Shown piece by piece: positions 1 through 10,269 of a stretch of DNA of 58,885 nt (positions within the stretch are counted from its first letter, which is position 1; each line of letters starts with the position of its first letter). The notes beneath the pieces were generated by a model. That model was not told the origin of the DNA. It was given only the letters and a program-made list of their open reading frames with translations, and ran no database searches. Made by a program: the position numbers and the translations under genes. Source of the stretch: a virus (Duplodnaviria > Caudoviricetes); the IMG/VR virus record IMGVR_UViG_3300028840_003635, positions 1 to 58,885 of that record; one strand, written 5' to 3'.

Positions 1-144
1 ATGAATGTGATGAGTGCGGTTCTTTCACAAACACAGATCCAAACCTTTTTCGGAAACTAACGGGAAATGTGAAAAATGCTGTTGACTCAAATGTGTCACT
101 AAAAGATGATAAAATTTACTGTGTTCCATGTTTTTTGAAGATGA
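1..144. repeat. Terminal direct repeat (left copy), indicating a circular or circularly permuted assembly
   Basis: Bases 1-144 are identical to 58742-58885. Confidence 0.97.
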
Positions 145-525
145 AATGTGGAATTATTATCGAAACTCACCGAGAATCTGGAAAAATCACCTGGAAAACG
201 AGATTTCCGGAAAAACCATTTCATAAATCTACGTGAAGTCAATGTTGATAAGGAGTTATTTTATGAAAACTATCAAAAATACAGGTTATTGTGGTATTTT
301 GGTGTTTGTTTTCTAGGAAAAAATAGGGGTGATTTATGAAAAAATCCTTTCATACGTTTCGTCTTACAGCGACAAGGGTTTACACGATTTTGAAAAAATC
401 TATGAAATGGCATTTCTTAAATTAAGTTGTTGAATTTAAAGGACTATTTTAAAAAAAGTGCTGATTTAGGAAACAATGCAGTCTTTATAAATAAATATTA
501 CCTGTAAGTAATAAAAAATAGGTAC

Positions 526-554
526 TTGACAATGAAAGTAAAAAAGTATATAGT
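526..554 (+). promoter_or_regulatory. Sigma-70-type promoter
   Basis: TTGACA (526-531), 17-bp spacer, TATAGT (549-554). Confidence 0.65.
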
Positions 555-725
555 ATTTAATAAGGAGAGGTCTGTTAATAAATTAACCAATTGTATTTCT
601 ACCCTTTGGGTGAAGTTGGCGACAGCCGGATCACTATTAACTTTTCTTGTCCTATTCCCCGCCGGATGCGAAAATGAGCAAGTTTTGCAAAAACCCAGAG
701 TCTTTCCTGACATTGACCATGCACA

Positions 726-740
726 TGGCATAATCCTTGC
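726..740 (+). promoter_or_regulatory. Sigma-54 (-24/-12) promoter motif
   Basis: TGGCATAATCCTTGC, GG-N10-GC, upstream of the MTase start at 824. Confidence 0.6.
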
Positions 741-823
741 GATAGATAAATCATTAGATGAACGGATTAAAAGGAACGAGTTTATGATTAACCAGTATTT
801 GTATAACCTTGAAAGGAGAAAAA

Positions 824-1339
824 GTGAATAAGGACTATAAAATACGGAACCACGCATGGGTATTGCCAAGACCAAACAAAAGTAAATATATAGGTAGTTT
901 TCCCTTGCATTTTGAAAAGAAGTTACACAAAGTACTCGAGATAAGTCCAGATGAGCACAAAATACTTCATCCTTTTGGTGGCAAGGCTGAATTTGGAGAC
1001 AGGGTGGATATCAATCCAGAGGTTGACCCAGATTTCGTTGGAGATGCTCACGATATGCACTTTATTAAAGATGAAACTTACGACTTAGTTATAGCAGATC
1101 CGCCATATAGTGAAGAGTATGCAAAAGGATTATACGGAACCAAAAAGCCCAGATGGAAAACTTGGACACAGGAGTGTACTCGAGTTTTAAAAGAAAACGG
1201 TCTGTTCGTTATATATCATTATTTAGCCTGTCCGTCTATACCTAAAACCGTACTTGAGCAAAGAATCTTTTTAGAAACAAGGGTGTGGCACAAACTAAGA
1301 TGTATTCATATACACAGGAAAAGAAGTGATTTATGGTAG
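824..1339 (+). CDS. Small amino-DNA methyltransferase-like protein
   Basis: HPFGG SAM-binding-like motif and DPPY catalytic motif; RBS AAGGAG before GTG at 824. Confidence 0.7.
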   Translation: MNKDYKIRNHAWVLPRPNKSKYIGSFPLHFEKKLHKVLEISPDEHKILHPFGGKAEFGDRVDINPEVDPDFVGDAHDMHFIKDETYDLVIADPPYSEEYAKGLYGTKKPRWKTWTQECTRVLKENGLFVIYHYLACPSIPKTVLEQRIFLETRVWHKLRCIHIHRKRSDLW

Positions 1340-1505
1340 TATTCATACAATTTAAGGAGGAGATGATGAAATTTATTTCCGTAAAACTGTTCCGGAAGTG
1401 TAACCTGTACCTATAGGGGGCAGAAAAAGTGTTACTTTTGCTTGACAATAATACGCGAAACTACATACTTTCTTATGTATTATACGTTTTACTGTCAAGT
1501 AATTT

Positions 1506-1520
1506 TGGCATGTAACTTGC
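1506..1520 (+). promoter_or_regulatory. Sigma-54 (-24/-12) promoter motif
   Basis: TGGCATGTAACTTGC, intergenic, about 50 bp before ATG 1573. Confidence 0.75.
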
Positions 1521-1572
1521 AATATCTATAAGTAGTAAGCAGTAATTATCATCAACAGAGCAGGAGAGGATC

Positions 1573-1860
1573 ATGGGATTTCATTATGATATGACAATAG
1601 AGGACGTTAATGCAGACAAGAACACCGGAGATCCTGATTGTATGAAATATGGGTTTGACGGGGAATGTTCTGACAAGTGCATAGAGGATCATGAAATATG
1701 TTGTTCTTTATGCGAGAGAGTTTTTAAGGATGCTAACGGCAATCCTTTATGTTCCGAGATATGCGATGATGAAGATAAGAGGAACGCAGGGGTTGTGATA
1801 GACAGAGAAGAGAAGATTTGCATTTGGTGTGCAATGAGAATAGGGAGGGTGGAGATATGA
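1573..1860 (+). CDS. Cys-rich hypothetical protein
   Basis: RBS AGGAG; multiple Cys clusters. Confidence 0.65.
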   Translation: MGFHYDMTIEDVNADKNTGDPDCMKYGFDGECSDKCIEDHEICCSLCERVFKDANGNPLCSEICDDEDKRNAGVVIDREEKICIWCAMRIGRVEI

Positions 1861-2056
1861 GCAGTTACTTTAAGGATTATGATGAAGTGTTTGAATCTTT
1901 AGACACTTTAAAAAAGTTGTGTCCAGATGTTGAAGCAGAGGCGAGACATGATCATGCGATGTTTATAAGGATAGAACATGGATGGGGCTTGTTGTTTGGA
2001 CCATACGATGTTTACAGATTTGTTGAGGGGTATAACATTGGAAAGAGGATGTATAA

Positions 2057-2284
2057 ATGAACGCATGGACAAACGATGACGGTTCTTTTTCTGTTAGTAG
2101 TTCGCAGGGCAGGGGTACCTACCATGTTTCTATAACCAGGAGTGCAAAATCATGCTCTTGTCCTGCGTATCTTTATGGCAGAGGTAAGGACTGCAAGCAT
2201 ATAAGGTTGGTATTGGATAAAATAAACAGGGGTGTGTTTGCTTATCAGGATGAGGTTGATTCTGATGGTGGCATACCTTTTTGA
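2057..2284 (+). CDS. SWIM zinc-finger protein with SSB-like acidic C-terminal tail
   Basis: CSCPAYLYGRGKDCKH (CxC-xn-CxH); ends DEVDSDGGIPF. Confidence 0.8.
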   Translation: MNAWTNDDGSFSVSSSQGRGTYHVSITRSAKSCSCPAYLYGRGKDCKHIRLVLDKINRGVFAYQDEVDSDGGIPF

Positions 2285-2297
2285 AAGGAGCAACAAA

Positions 2298-3020
2298 ATG
2301 GCTAAATTACCAGAAAAACCAGCACAGAAGGAAATAACGGAAGATGCTTCAGAAAAAGAGGAGGTTTCAGCAGATGTTGAAACAGAAGAAAATAATGAAA
2401 CTGTTGTAGAAAATGGGGAGACCTCTCTTACGGTTAAGGATGTGATGGAAATTGAGGAGTTTTCTTCAGAAAGGGCATTAAAAAACCTTGAAGCGAGAAT
2501 GGACTACATGGAACAGTCTAGAAGGCTTGTTTTAAAGAAGCTAAAAAAGGCTAAGTCTTGGATAAAGTATGAGAACAAAAAAGCAGGAACGGTATCTTAT
2601 AGGTTGCGAAAAGGTGCTGTTAGTAAAATGCTGACTCCGTTTGGGATAAATTCGAGAATTATATCTGTAACTCAAACAGAGAAGCCTGATGGGTCTGTAG
2701 ATTATCAGGCGATAGCAGAGATGTCGTTTAGTGCTTTTCCAGATTATTTTTTACAGAGGTCAGGAACGGTGAATTCAACGGAGGTGTTTTACGAATCGCA
2801 GGTAAAAGCAGACCAGAAGTATGGGTCTAAAAAGTTTGGAGAGGGTTCATCTGTTCCGAGAAACTTATCCCAAAATTGCAAACAGCAGGCTGTAACAAGG
2901 GCGATGACAAACACTTTTTCTGCGATAGTTGGTATTGAGGATATTGACAACGAAGAAATGCAAGAGGCAGGGATAGATTATACTAAGATTCTATCACCTT
3001 ATGGCAAATCAGAAAGATAA
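2298..3020 (+). CDS. Putative single-strand annealing/recombination protein
   Basis: Located near a PD-(D/E)XK exonuclease and SSB; AVTRAMTN-type helix; family not determinable by eye. Confidence 0.4.
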   Translation: MAKLPEKPAQKEITEDASEKEEVSADVETEENNETVVENGETSLTVKDVMEIEEFSSERALKNLEARMDYMEQSRRLVLKKLKKAKSWIKYENKKAGTVSYRLRKGAVSKMLTPFGINSRIISVTQTEKPDGSVDYQAIAEMSFSAFPDYFLQRSGTVNSTEVFYESQVKADQKYGSKKFGEGSSVPRNLSQNCKQQAVTRAMTNTFSAIVGIEDIDNEEMQEAGIDYTKILSPYGKSER

Positions 3021-3358
3021 CCGAGATTAAGTTTTAAGGAGAAATAACGATGGCAAATAAAACATGTCCATTATTTAAGGCTGCCCTGTTAGGCAATTCT
3101 AACTTAAAAAGAGAATACATAGATTCAGACGATTTTTATTTTGCTTGCGAGTGTACCAAAGAAGAATGTGCTATGTGGACACCTAGAGAATGTGGGTATA
3201 TAGGATGGTCAAACTCAGACCTAACAGGGGCAGTTCATTTAGTCGCAGAGACATTAGAAAAAATGAGGAGCAAATAAAGGAGAGAAAAATGAACATCATA
3301 GAAAATGTATGTTTTAACGAGTATTCACCAACCATTTCAGAACTGGAGGACATATAAA

Positions 3359-4300
3359 ATGACAACGATAAGAGAAGAAATTCATCAAGAACTTTTAGAG
3401 GAGCAATTCTCCCCATCCAAGTCTAATCGGGCTTCTGGCATGGGGAGAAATTGTATCAGGAGATTGTATTTTGAAAGGGTGTGCCCTGAACATAAAACAC
3501 CTTTCAGTGCCGAAGCATTAAAGAGAATGAAAGAAGGAACTATACAGGAGAAAAATGTTAGAGGGTGGCTAACAAACAAAGAGGGCTATGATATATCAAG
3601 ATCTCAAGAGCCATTTGAGTTTAAGGACTTACAATTAACAGGACACTGGGAAGGTTTTTTAAAAAGACCGCAGGACAAAGAACCTGTGTTGTTTGAGATA
3701 AAGACCTGTTCAGAGTTTAAATTCAGGATGTTGAACGACATTAAAGACTTTTATGATGGTAAATGGTGGGAAGGCTATTTGAATCAGGCAACTGTTTACA
3801 TGAAGGCTTCTGGACAGGACAAGATATTGTTTCTTGTAAAGGACAGGTCTTCATGGGACATTAAAGAGTTTGAGTATGAGTTTGATGAGTTTCGATGGGA
3901 GTCAATTCAGGATAAATGTAACGTAGTTAATACCTTCATCGACAAGCTAAATGAAACACCTCAAAATCTTCCCGAATACTGTAATCAGTACAAAGAGTGT
4001 GATGATTGTCTTTTCTTAAACCATTGCAATCCAGACAGGGTAATATCTCTTGAAGGATACAAGAGGGTAAACGATCAAGAGGTTATTGATATAGTAACCA
4101 GACATCAGGAATTAAAGGCACAGATTAAACCTTTAGAGAAAGAATACAAAGACCTTGACAAACACATTAAATCAAGATTTAAAGGCGTAGAAGGTGCTTT
4201 TATAGGCGAACAATATGAAGTTATAGGTAAACTTATACCAAGAAAAGGTTATACAGTTGAGCCTTCTGAATATTGGTCAATGAAAATAAAGGAGTTATGA
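3359..4300 (+). CDS. Cas4/AddB-like PD-(D/E)XK exonuclease with Fe-S-type Cys motif
   Basis: N-terminal Cys (RNCIRRLYF), EIKT, QATVY and C-terminal CDDCLFLNHC. Confidence 0.8.
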   Translation: MTTIREEIHQELLEEQFSPSKSNRASGMGRNCIRRLYFERVCPEHKTPFSAEALKRMKEGTIQEKNVRGWLTNKEGYDISRSQEPFEFKDLQLTGHWEGFLKRPQDKEPVLFEIKTCSEFKFRMLNDIKDFYDGKWWEGYLNQATVYMKASGQDKILFLVKDRSSWDIKEFEYEFDEFRWESIQDKCNVVNTFIDKLNETPQNLPEYCNQYKECDDCLFLNHCNPDRVISLEGYKRVNDQEVIDIVTRHQELKAQIKPLEKEYKDLDKHIKSRFKGVEGAFIGEQYEVIGKLIPRKGYTVEPSEYWSMKIKEL

Positions 4301-5281
4301 GATGGGATGGGATATAACTGTATTAGACGAATGGGGTATAAATGAAGGTTTGGGGTGCAATATTCCTTTCATGAATGGATGTTTTGCAACAAGTCCGACC
4401 TGGGACAGAATATTTCATGCGTATAATCCAAAAGAAGTTAATGACGGAAATAAAATTCCAATGAAGGATATTGAGGAAAATCGTGAGAAGATATTGTCTG
4501 AAGTGAAAGGTTGTCGAGTAGAGAGTTGGTTTTTGAGAATGTTTGAAATAATTGACAAGTATAAGTCTTATCATGATGACATGGATTCTCTGTATTTTTT
4601 AACACACTAAAGGAGGTGTGAGATGCAAATAGAAGGTAACGAAGATTACAAAAAACTATTACAGGGGTTGTTTAAGGATATAGATCCAAAGGCAGATCCA
4701 CCGGAGGATACTTTGGCTTTATGGAACTATATAGGCAACCCGTTCTATGTGTTGAGCTATCAGTTGTTTTTGCTAACAGAAGAAATGAAAACATTAAGCA
4801 ATAGATCTTTTCGGGAGTAAATTATGAACATACCAATCAAATTAAGATATGAAAAAAAGTTTTCCTGGGGAAAGTTAATCTTTGCAGCAGAGACTAACCT
4901 TGCAGACATAGGGTTCTTAAAAAGAAAAGCCTGCGTTGATATGAGAGAGGCTGTAAGGGTTATTGATCGGGAAACGAAGCCTAGACCTATAGGAGATGCT
5001 GCAAATGAAGAGTGGCAGAAGGACGTGGCTGCTATTCGGAGAGCGATAAGAAGGCATCCGAGGTTAAAGAACATGGATTTTAGTCTAAGATCAAGAATGA
5101 AGGAGAAATAAAATGGATGATGGGTTTAGAAGATTTTTAAAAGAACAAATTATGGTTTACGATAGGCTGCTTTCTAACGCAAAAGAAGGCGGGTTGTTAC
5201 AGCTTGAATATAGGGCAATTAGGGACACATACGAAAGAGTATTAAAGGTATTTGATGAAGAATCATCAAAAGGAGAATCAA

Positions 5282-5647
5282 ATGGTTAGTATAAACAAGG
5301 TAATAGTAGCGGGAAACTTAACAAAAGATCCAGAGCTAAAGGACGTGGGAAGCACAAAGTTATGCAATCTCAGCATAGCAATTAACGAGAATTATAAAAA
5401 GGGTGATGAATGGATTGAAAGCGTGTTGTATTTGAATGATGTACCCGTATGGGGCAAAAGTGCGGAGTATGTTGCTGGCAATATGAAAAAGGGAGATCCT
5501 GTTCTTATCGAGGGGAAGTTAAAACTAAACCAGTGGGAGGATAATTCGGGAGAAAAAAGGTCTAAATTGACAGTTCAGTCGATAAAGGCACACAATTTGC
5601 AAGTAAAATATAATAAGGATGAAGATGATGGCGGAACATTCTATTAA
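5282..5647 (+). CDS. ssb: Single-stranded DNA-binding protein
   Basis: INKVIVAGNLTKDPELK...VWGKSAE...KGDPVLIEGKL...W. Confidence 0.95.
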   Translation: MVSINKVIVAGNLTKDPELKDVGSTKLCNLSIAINENYKKGDEWIESVLYLNDVPVWGKSAEYVAGNMKKGDPVLIEGKLKLNQWEDNSGEKRSKLTVQSIKAHNLQVKYNKDEDDGGTFY

Positions 5648-6095
5648 ATTTACAGTATATGGGAACGCAGTAGCAAAGAAAGCTCCTAAGATGTTTTTAA
5701 ATCCTAAAACCAAAAGACCTATGGCTTTTAAGGATAAAAGCACAAGGGACTGGGAAAACGCTATCAGGACTGTAGCACAGGATCATGTTCCGAAAAATCT
5801 ACTTGATGGTCCTTTGTATGCAAAGGTAACTTTTCATATTTTAAGACCAAAGTCTAAACCAAAGAAGGTGTTGTATCCAGATACAAAGCCAGATCTTGAC
5901 AACCTTGAGAAGAGTTTGTTTGATGCTCTTGAGGGGTTGATATTTGTTAATGATTCTCGGATAGTAGAAAAGCATATAGAGAAGGTATATGGAGATCCTC
6001 CCAGGGTAGACATAGAGGTGGGAGAGAAGGCAAAGCCTTTGGAGAAGATCGAGAAGATACAGAAAAGGCTAGATGAACTAATCAGGGAAGGATAA
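5619..6095 (+). CDS. rusA: RusA-family Holliday junction resolvase
   Basis: KPDLDNLEKSLFDALEGLIFVNDSRIV signature; start may be 5625 or 5628. Confidence 0.92.
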   Translation: MKMMAEHSIKFTVYGNAVAKKAPKMFLNPKTKRPMAFKDKSTRDWENAIRTVAQDHVPKNLLDGPLYAKVTFHILRPKSKPKKVLYPDTKPDLDNLEKSLFDALEGLIFVNDSRIVEKHIEKVYGDPPRVDIEVGEKAKPLEKIEKIQKRLDELIREG

Positions 6096-7426
6096 AGGAG
6101 GATTGACATGACAGAGTTTATATTATTAGGGTTTTTATTTTTAGTGGTGATGTCATTGTCGCTGTATGCTCTTTGGGGAGCTGGTGGTGATATAGAGGAT
6201 TTATAATGACAAGACTATTCCTTGAGCTTCTATTTATTTTAGCGTTGCTGTTTGTGTTTGGTTTAATGGCAATACCGTAGGAGGAGAAATGAAAGTAACT
6301 ATATTGGATGAAGGCTACACGTTTTTTTGTGAGTCAATAGAAATAGAAACGACTAATATGTATAGCAGAATACTACTTGAGCAATTACCAGAAGAAATCA
6401 ACTTGCGTGCGGAAGATTATGGCAAAATGTTGCACAGAATAAACAATCCTGTCCACATAGTGCTGAGAGAAGAAGATATAGATAGGAGTAGAGCGAAGGA
6501 AATTATAAGTAGGTTTGAAAATCAAATCTTAAAGGAGATGAACGAATGAGAACAAAGGAAGAGATAAAAAAATCTTATAAAGAATATATGTCTAAAAAGG
6601 GGTATGTGGATGAGTTGAATGATAACCTTGCCGACTTCGTTCTTTCAGAGAATTCTAAAGTTATAAATAATGCTGCAAACAAACTCCAGAACCTAATTAA
6701 AGAAATAGAACCAGAAGAAAAGGACGGTATCTGGAGTGCTCAAAAATCTGCAATTTTAATGAGTATAAATGCTATTAAGGAGGACAGCAAATGACAGCGA
6801 GGGAGAAATGTAAAAAGTGCGGAAGGGTTTTACCCATAACATCAATGGTTGTAAGAATTCCGAGTTGCGAGGACAAAGAAGTATATTTATTATGCCCTTA
6901 TTGTGCTGAGGACACAACCCCAGAAGGTTGTAAAAGCGGATTACAACCAGAAAGAGAGGAGAACGATGAAGAAGAAGTATAGGTCAAAGAAGGATTTGCC
7001 AGGTATTGAACAAGATACAATATTTGAATGGGTTCAAGGTGCTGGTAATTATTACCCAAAGACAAACCAAAGGTATGGTTTGCCAAATTGGATTGTTGAA
7101 GAAACTCCCGACTGGTTTGAGTTATTTGAAGAGAAGAGCGTGGAAGAGCAATTTATAGAAAGAATGACAAATTTTTTTCATTCAACAATTATACAGCAAG
7201 AAAGAAGGGAAAAGGTTGAGCGTACCGCCAGAAGATTTGTTCAGAGAATAAAGGATGTAGCGGGTTTGCATATCGTCAAGGTTGCAGAGCCGACAAATTA
7301 TGCTGAAGAACATGCGACCCTACATGATGCTCTGTTGGAAATAAACAGGCACGCAGAGAAGGCTAATAGTAGTTTTTATGACAGGGCAGCGGAGTTTGTC
7401 CTCAAGAACTATTACCGAAAGGAGAA

Positions 7427-8047
7427 ATGAGAATGGAGGAAAACGAATTAAAAGAAAAATTAAAGAATCACAAGAAATGGTTGAAAAGTGAGGCAGGTGG
7501 AGAAAGGGCTGATTTACGTTCTGCTAATTTACGTTCTGCTGATTTAAGTTATGCTGATTTAAGTTCTGCTGATTTACATTCTGCTAATTTACGTTATGCT
7601 AATTTACATTCTGCTGATTTAAGTTATGCTGATTTACGTTCTGCTAATTTAAGTTATGCTGATTTACGTTCTGCTGATTTAAGTTATGCTGATTTAAGTT
7701 CTGCTAATTTACGTTATGCTAATTTACATTCTGCTAATTTAAGTTATGCTGATTTACATTCTGCTGATATAAGAAAAGCTCATATAGATTTACTTACGGT
7801 TTTGCAGATTAACATGGGAGGGCTATCAAACAAATTAACCCTTGAACTTATGAGGTGGGATTCTTTGATTTGTGGAAAGGATAAAATGCAAGAATGGGCT
7901 GAGGGTGGTGATTGTCCATTTTCTACAGGAATTAACAGATTATTCAATTTTTCAGAATCAAAAGGTTTGTGGAGAGCAGGGAAGCCAAAACTTAATATTA
8001 TGGAACTATGGCAGGCAGTTGCTAATGAGTTAGATATAAAGATATAA
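7427..8047 (+). CDS. Pentapeptide repeat protein
   Basis: About 17 A(D/N)Lxx repeats after the typical HKKWL...GERA leader. Confidence 0.95.
   Translation: MRMEENELKEKLKNHKKWLKSEAGGERADLRSANLRSADLSYADLSSADLHSANLRYANLHSADLSYADLRSANLSYADLRSADLSYADLSSANLRYANLHSANLSYADLHSADIRKAHIDLLTVLQINMGGLSNKLTLELMRWDSLICGKDKMQEWAEGGDCPFSTGINRLFNFSESKGLWRAGKPKLNIMELWQAVANELDIKI
7508..7762 (+). repeat. 15-bp tandem repeat encoding the pentapeptide units
   Basis: GCT(G/A)ATTTA(CGT/AGT/CAT)T(C/A)T, 17 copies. Confidence 0.9.
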
Positions 8048-8732
8048 GGAGAAATAAATGCGTTCAGATAAGTTTTTGGGGGACTTGGAAGAAAAATATA
8101 AAGAGCTTGATGAATGGCTTAAATTAAATACCAGGGAGGATGGTTACACGCCGAAGGACATAGGATCTAGCTTTGACGATCAGAAAGCCTTGTTGGATGA
8201 ACTCAAATCCGAATACCACAAAACGCATCAATCAAAAGAGCAAGTCCAGCAGGTAATTAAGGAAGGCTTGGAAACTGCATGGAGAAAAGGGTTAAATGAT
8301 TCAGGTAATAAATTTGTAATGGACTCTTTACCGGAATTAGCATCTCAAATCACCGACAGGCTTTTCAGGGAGGAGGATTGACATGAAAAAATTCTTAGAA
8401 GTTGGAGATATTGTAATTGCTTCAAATCCTTTGTTTAAAAACGGCGAAAGGGAATGTCTCGTAACTAAAATTGAGGGCAATAAAGCGATAACTGATTTCA
8501 GAACTTTTAACCGGAAAATATATGCTCCTAATATGGTGTATGAATTTGGGAAAAGATATGACCCTTACGATAATGGATATTGGCTAAAACAGGAGGAATG
8601 ATATGGCTTATTACTATTTAGCACATAGAAATGAACGAGTGAAAGAAGGAGATTGACATAAGGGTTAATAACTTAAAAATAAAAGGTTTAAGTTTAAAGC
8701 AAAACCTAAGAAGATACAAGTTTAATATCTGG

Positions 8733-9206
8733 ATGAACAGGGTGTTAGAAAAATTAAATGTTCCTGAATTTATAGTTGATACCAAATATTGTCATACTCC
8801 AGCCGCTATAAATTATTTAAAGGAAAACTCAAAGGTTTTAGCCTTTTACGATCATGAAGTGGATAGTATATTTTACAGAGATAATTATAATTCTCTAGAA
8901 AGACGACTGCACGAACTAATCCATGCCACAGGCAACGTAAACAGGATGGCAAGATATAAAAGATTTACAGATTATCTTCACAAAGATTGGACAGGCGAAG
9001 CTGAGGAAAGGTTTACTACACTAGCATGTTCAGCCATTAGTTATGTGCTTGAAACAGGGGATGGGATAACCGCTAGCATTTGGGTTAGGCAAAAGGAGGG
9101 GTATTTATATCATCGTTATTTTGTAGAGCTTCTCAGATATTTTAAAACCGATCTAAATTTGGGTCTTCCTTTCGCTTTTAAATTAGAGATAAAAGATGAT
9201 GATTAA
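8733..9206 (+). CDS. Zincin-like metallopeptidase resembling the ArdC C-terminal domain
   Basis: AFY...LHELIHATG..R..R...EE pattern. Confidence 0.6.
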   Translation: MNRVLEKLNVPEFIVDTKYCHTPAAINYLKENSKVLAFYDHEVDSIFYRDNYNSLERRLHELIHATGNVNRMARYKRFTDYLHKDWTGEAEERFTTLACSAISYVLETGDGITASIWVRQKEGYLYHRYFVELLRYFKTDLNLGLPFAFKLEIKDDD

Positions 9207-10106
9207 ATTCTTAGTCCTGATAATCTTAGCGTTGCTTGTCTGTGATGCTGTTTACGAACCGATCAAGGCATACGTGGTAGTTATAGACGGCAAGAGGCAC
9301 AGAGTGCGGTCAACACTGTTACCAGACTGGTCTGTGCAACTGCAATACGATCTATCCCGATTGCAGCCAGGACATCACAGAATCAAGGTTAAGGCTATCA
9401 GCGTGGATGGGATACGGTCAACATATTCGAGAGTAATTAAGTTGGATATCACTGAGGATAGGGAATTATCTTCAGGGTGCAAATATAAAACAAACCTAAA
9501 AGTTACCAGGAATTATAAGGTTTGGAAGGATGGGTTGTTAAAATGAAAGGAGAGAGAAGTGGAATATATTTTTTTTAGCGTAGTAGCAGTATGTATTACG
9601 GTTATAATTATAATTTGTATTATGATTGATTAGTGCTTAGGATTTGAGTTGAAGTCTCTAAATAAACCTGAGAACTCGGAAAGTAGAGATTTATTAGGCA
9701 TAAGGGATAAAGATCCTGGATTTATTGAATTATATAACAAATTGCTTACAAATCAGAAGGCACAAAAGGGATACAGAATTATTAGGAACGAGAATCAAAA
9801 CCCCGAACTGCTGGAGGACAACAATGTTTAAGAGGATATTTAAAACACCAAAAGACGATGACAGTGTAGTTGACAAACTTCAGGATGCTATAAAAAATTG
9901 CCAAACACATCCAATAGTAGTGTTTATGAGTGCAGACACCTTCTATTTTTTAATGAAAGAGATGGATGAAAGGATGAATTATAAAGTATATGTGCCTCAT
10001 TTTGGAATGAAAACGCTGACTTTCGATGAGTCTTACATTCTTGAAAGGGACGGTTTGGAATTTTGTGAGTTTGATTTTGCGTACCCCAGGTATGAGAAAT
10101 AATGTC

Positions 10107-10178
10107 GAGTCCGGTATTGACAATAACAGCGATTAAAAAAATTATTGTTGTTATTAAGTCGATTCGAGAGCCGGACTC
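10107..10178 (+). other. Long imperfect hairpin at the convergence of the rightward and leftward gene blocks
   Basis: GAGTCCGG/CCGGACTC, ATTGAC/GTCGAT and AATAACAGCGAT/ATTGTTGTTATT stems. Confidence 0.6.
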
Positions 10179-10269
10179 AGGGAATTATTGATAATATCTT
10201 ATTATGTTAGCTTTTTTGGGTAGTGTCCTAATTTGAGTTTTTTAAAAAAGGTGATATAATTCATTCAAC

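Noticed and set aside
1-144. 144-bp end repeat as a physical direct terminal repeat
   Set aside because: It falls in the middle of an ORF and is of typical assembler-overlap size, so it shows circularity, not virion ends.
498-875. ORFs 498..875 (-) and 526..831 (+)
   Set aside because: They have no RBS, overlap promoter and structured sequence, and have implausible composition.
3359-4300. Cas4-like gene as part of a CRISPR-Cas system
   Set aside because: No repeat-spacer array or other cas genes were seen; the context is phage recombination.
7508-7762. Tandem repeat as a CRISPR array or DGR template
   Set aside because: It is an in-frame 15-bp coding repeat without spacers, and no reverse transcriptase was recognised.
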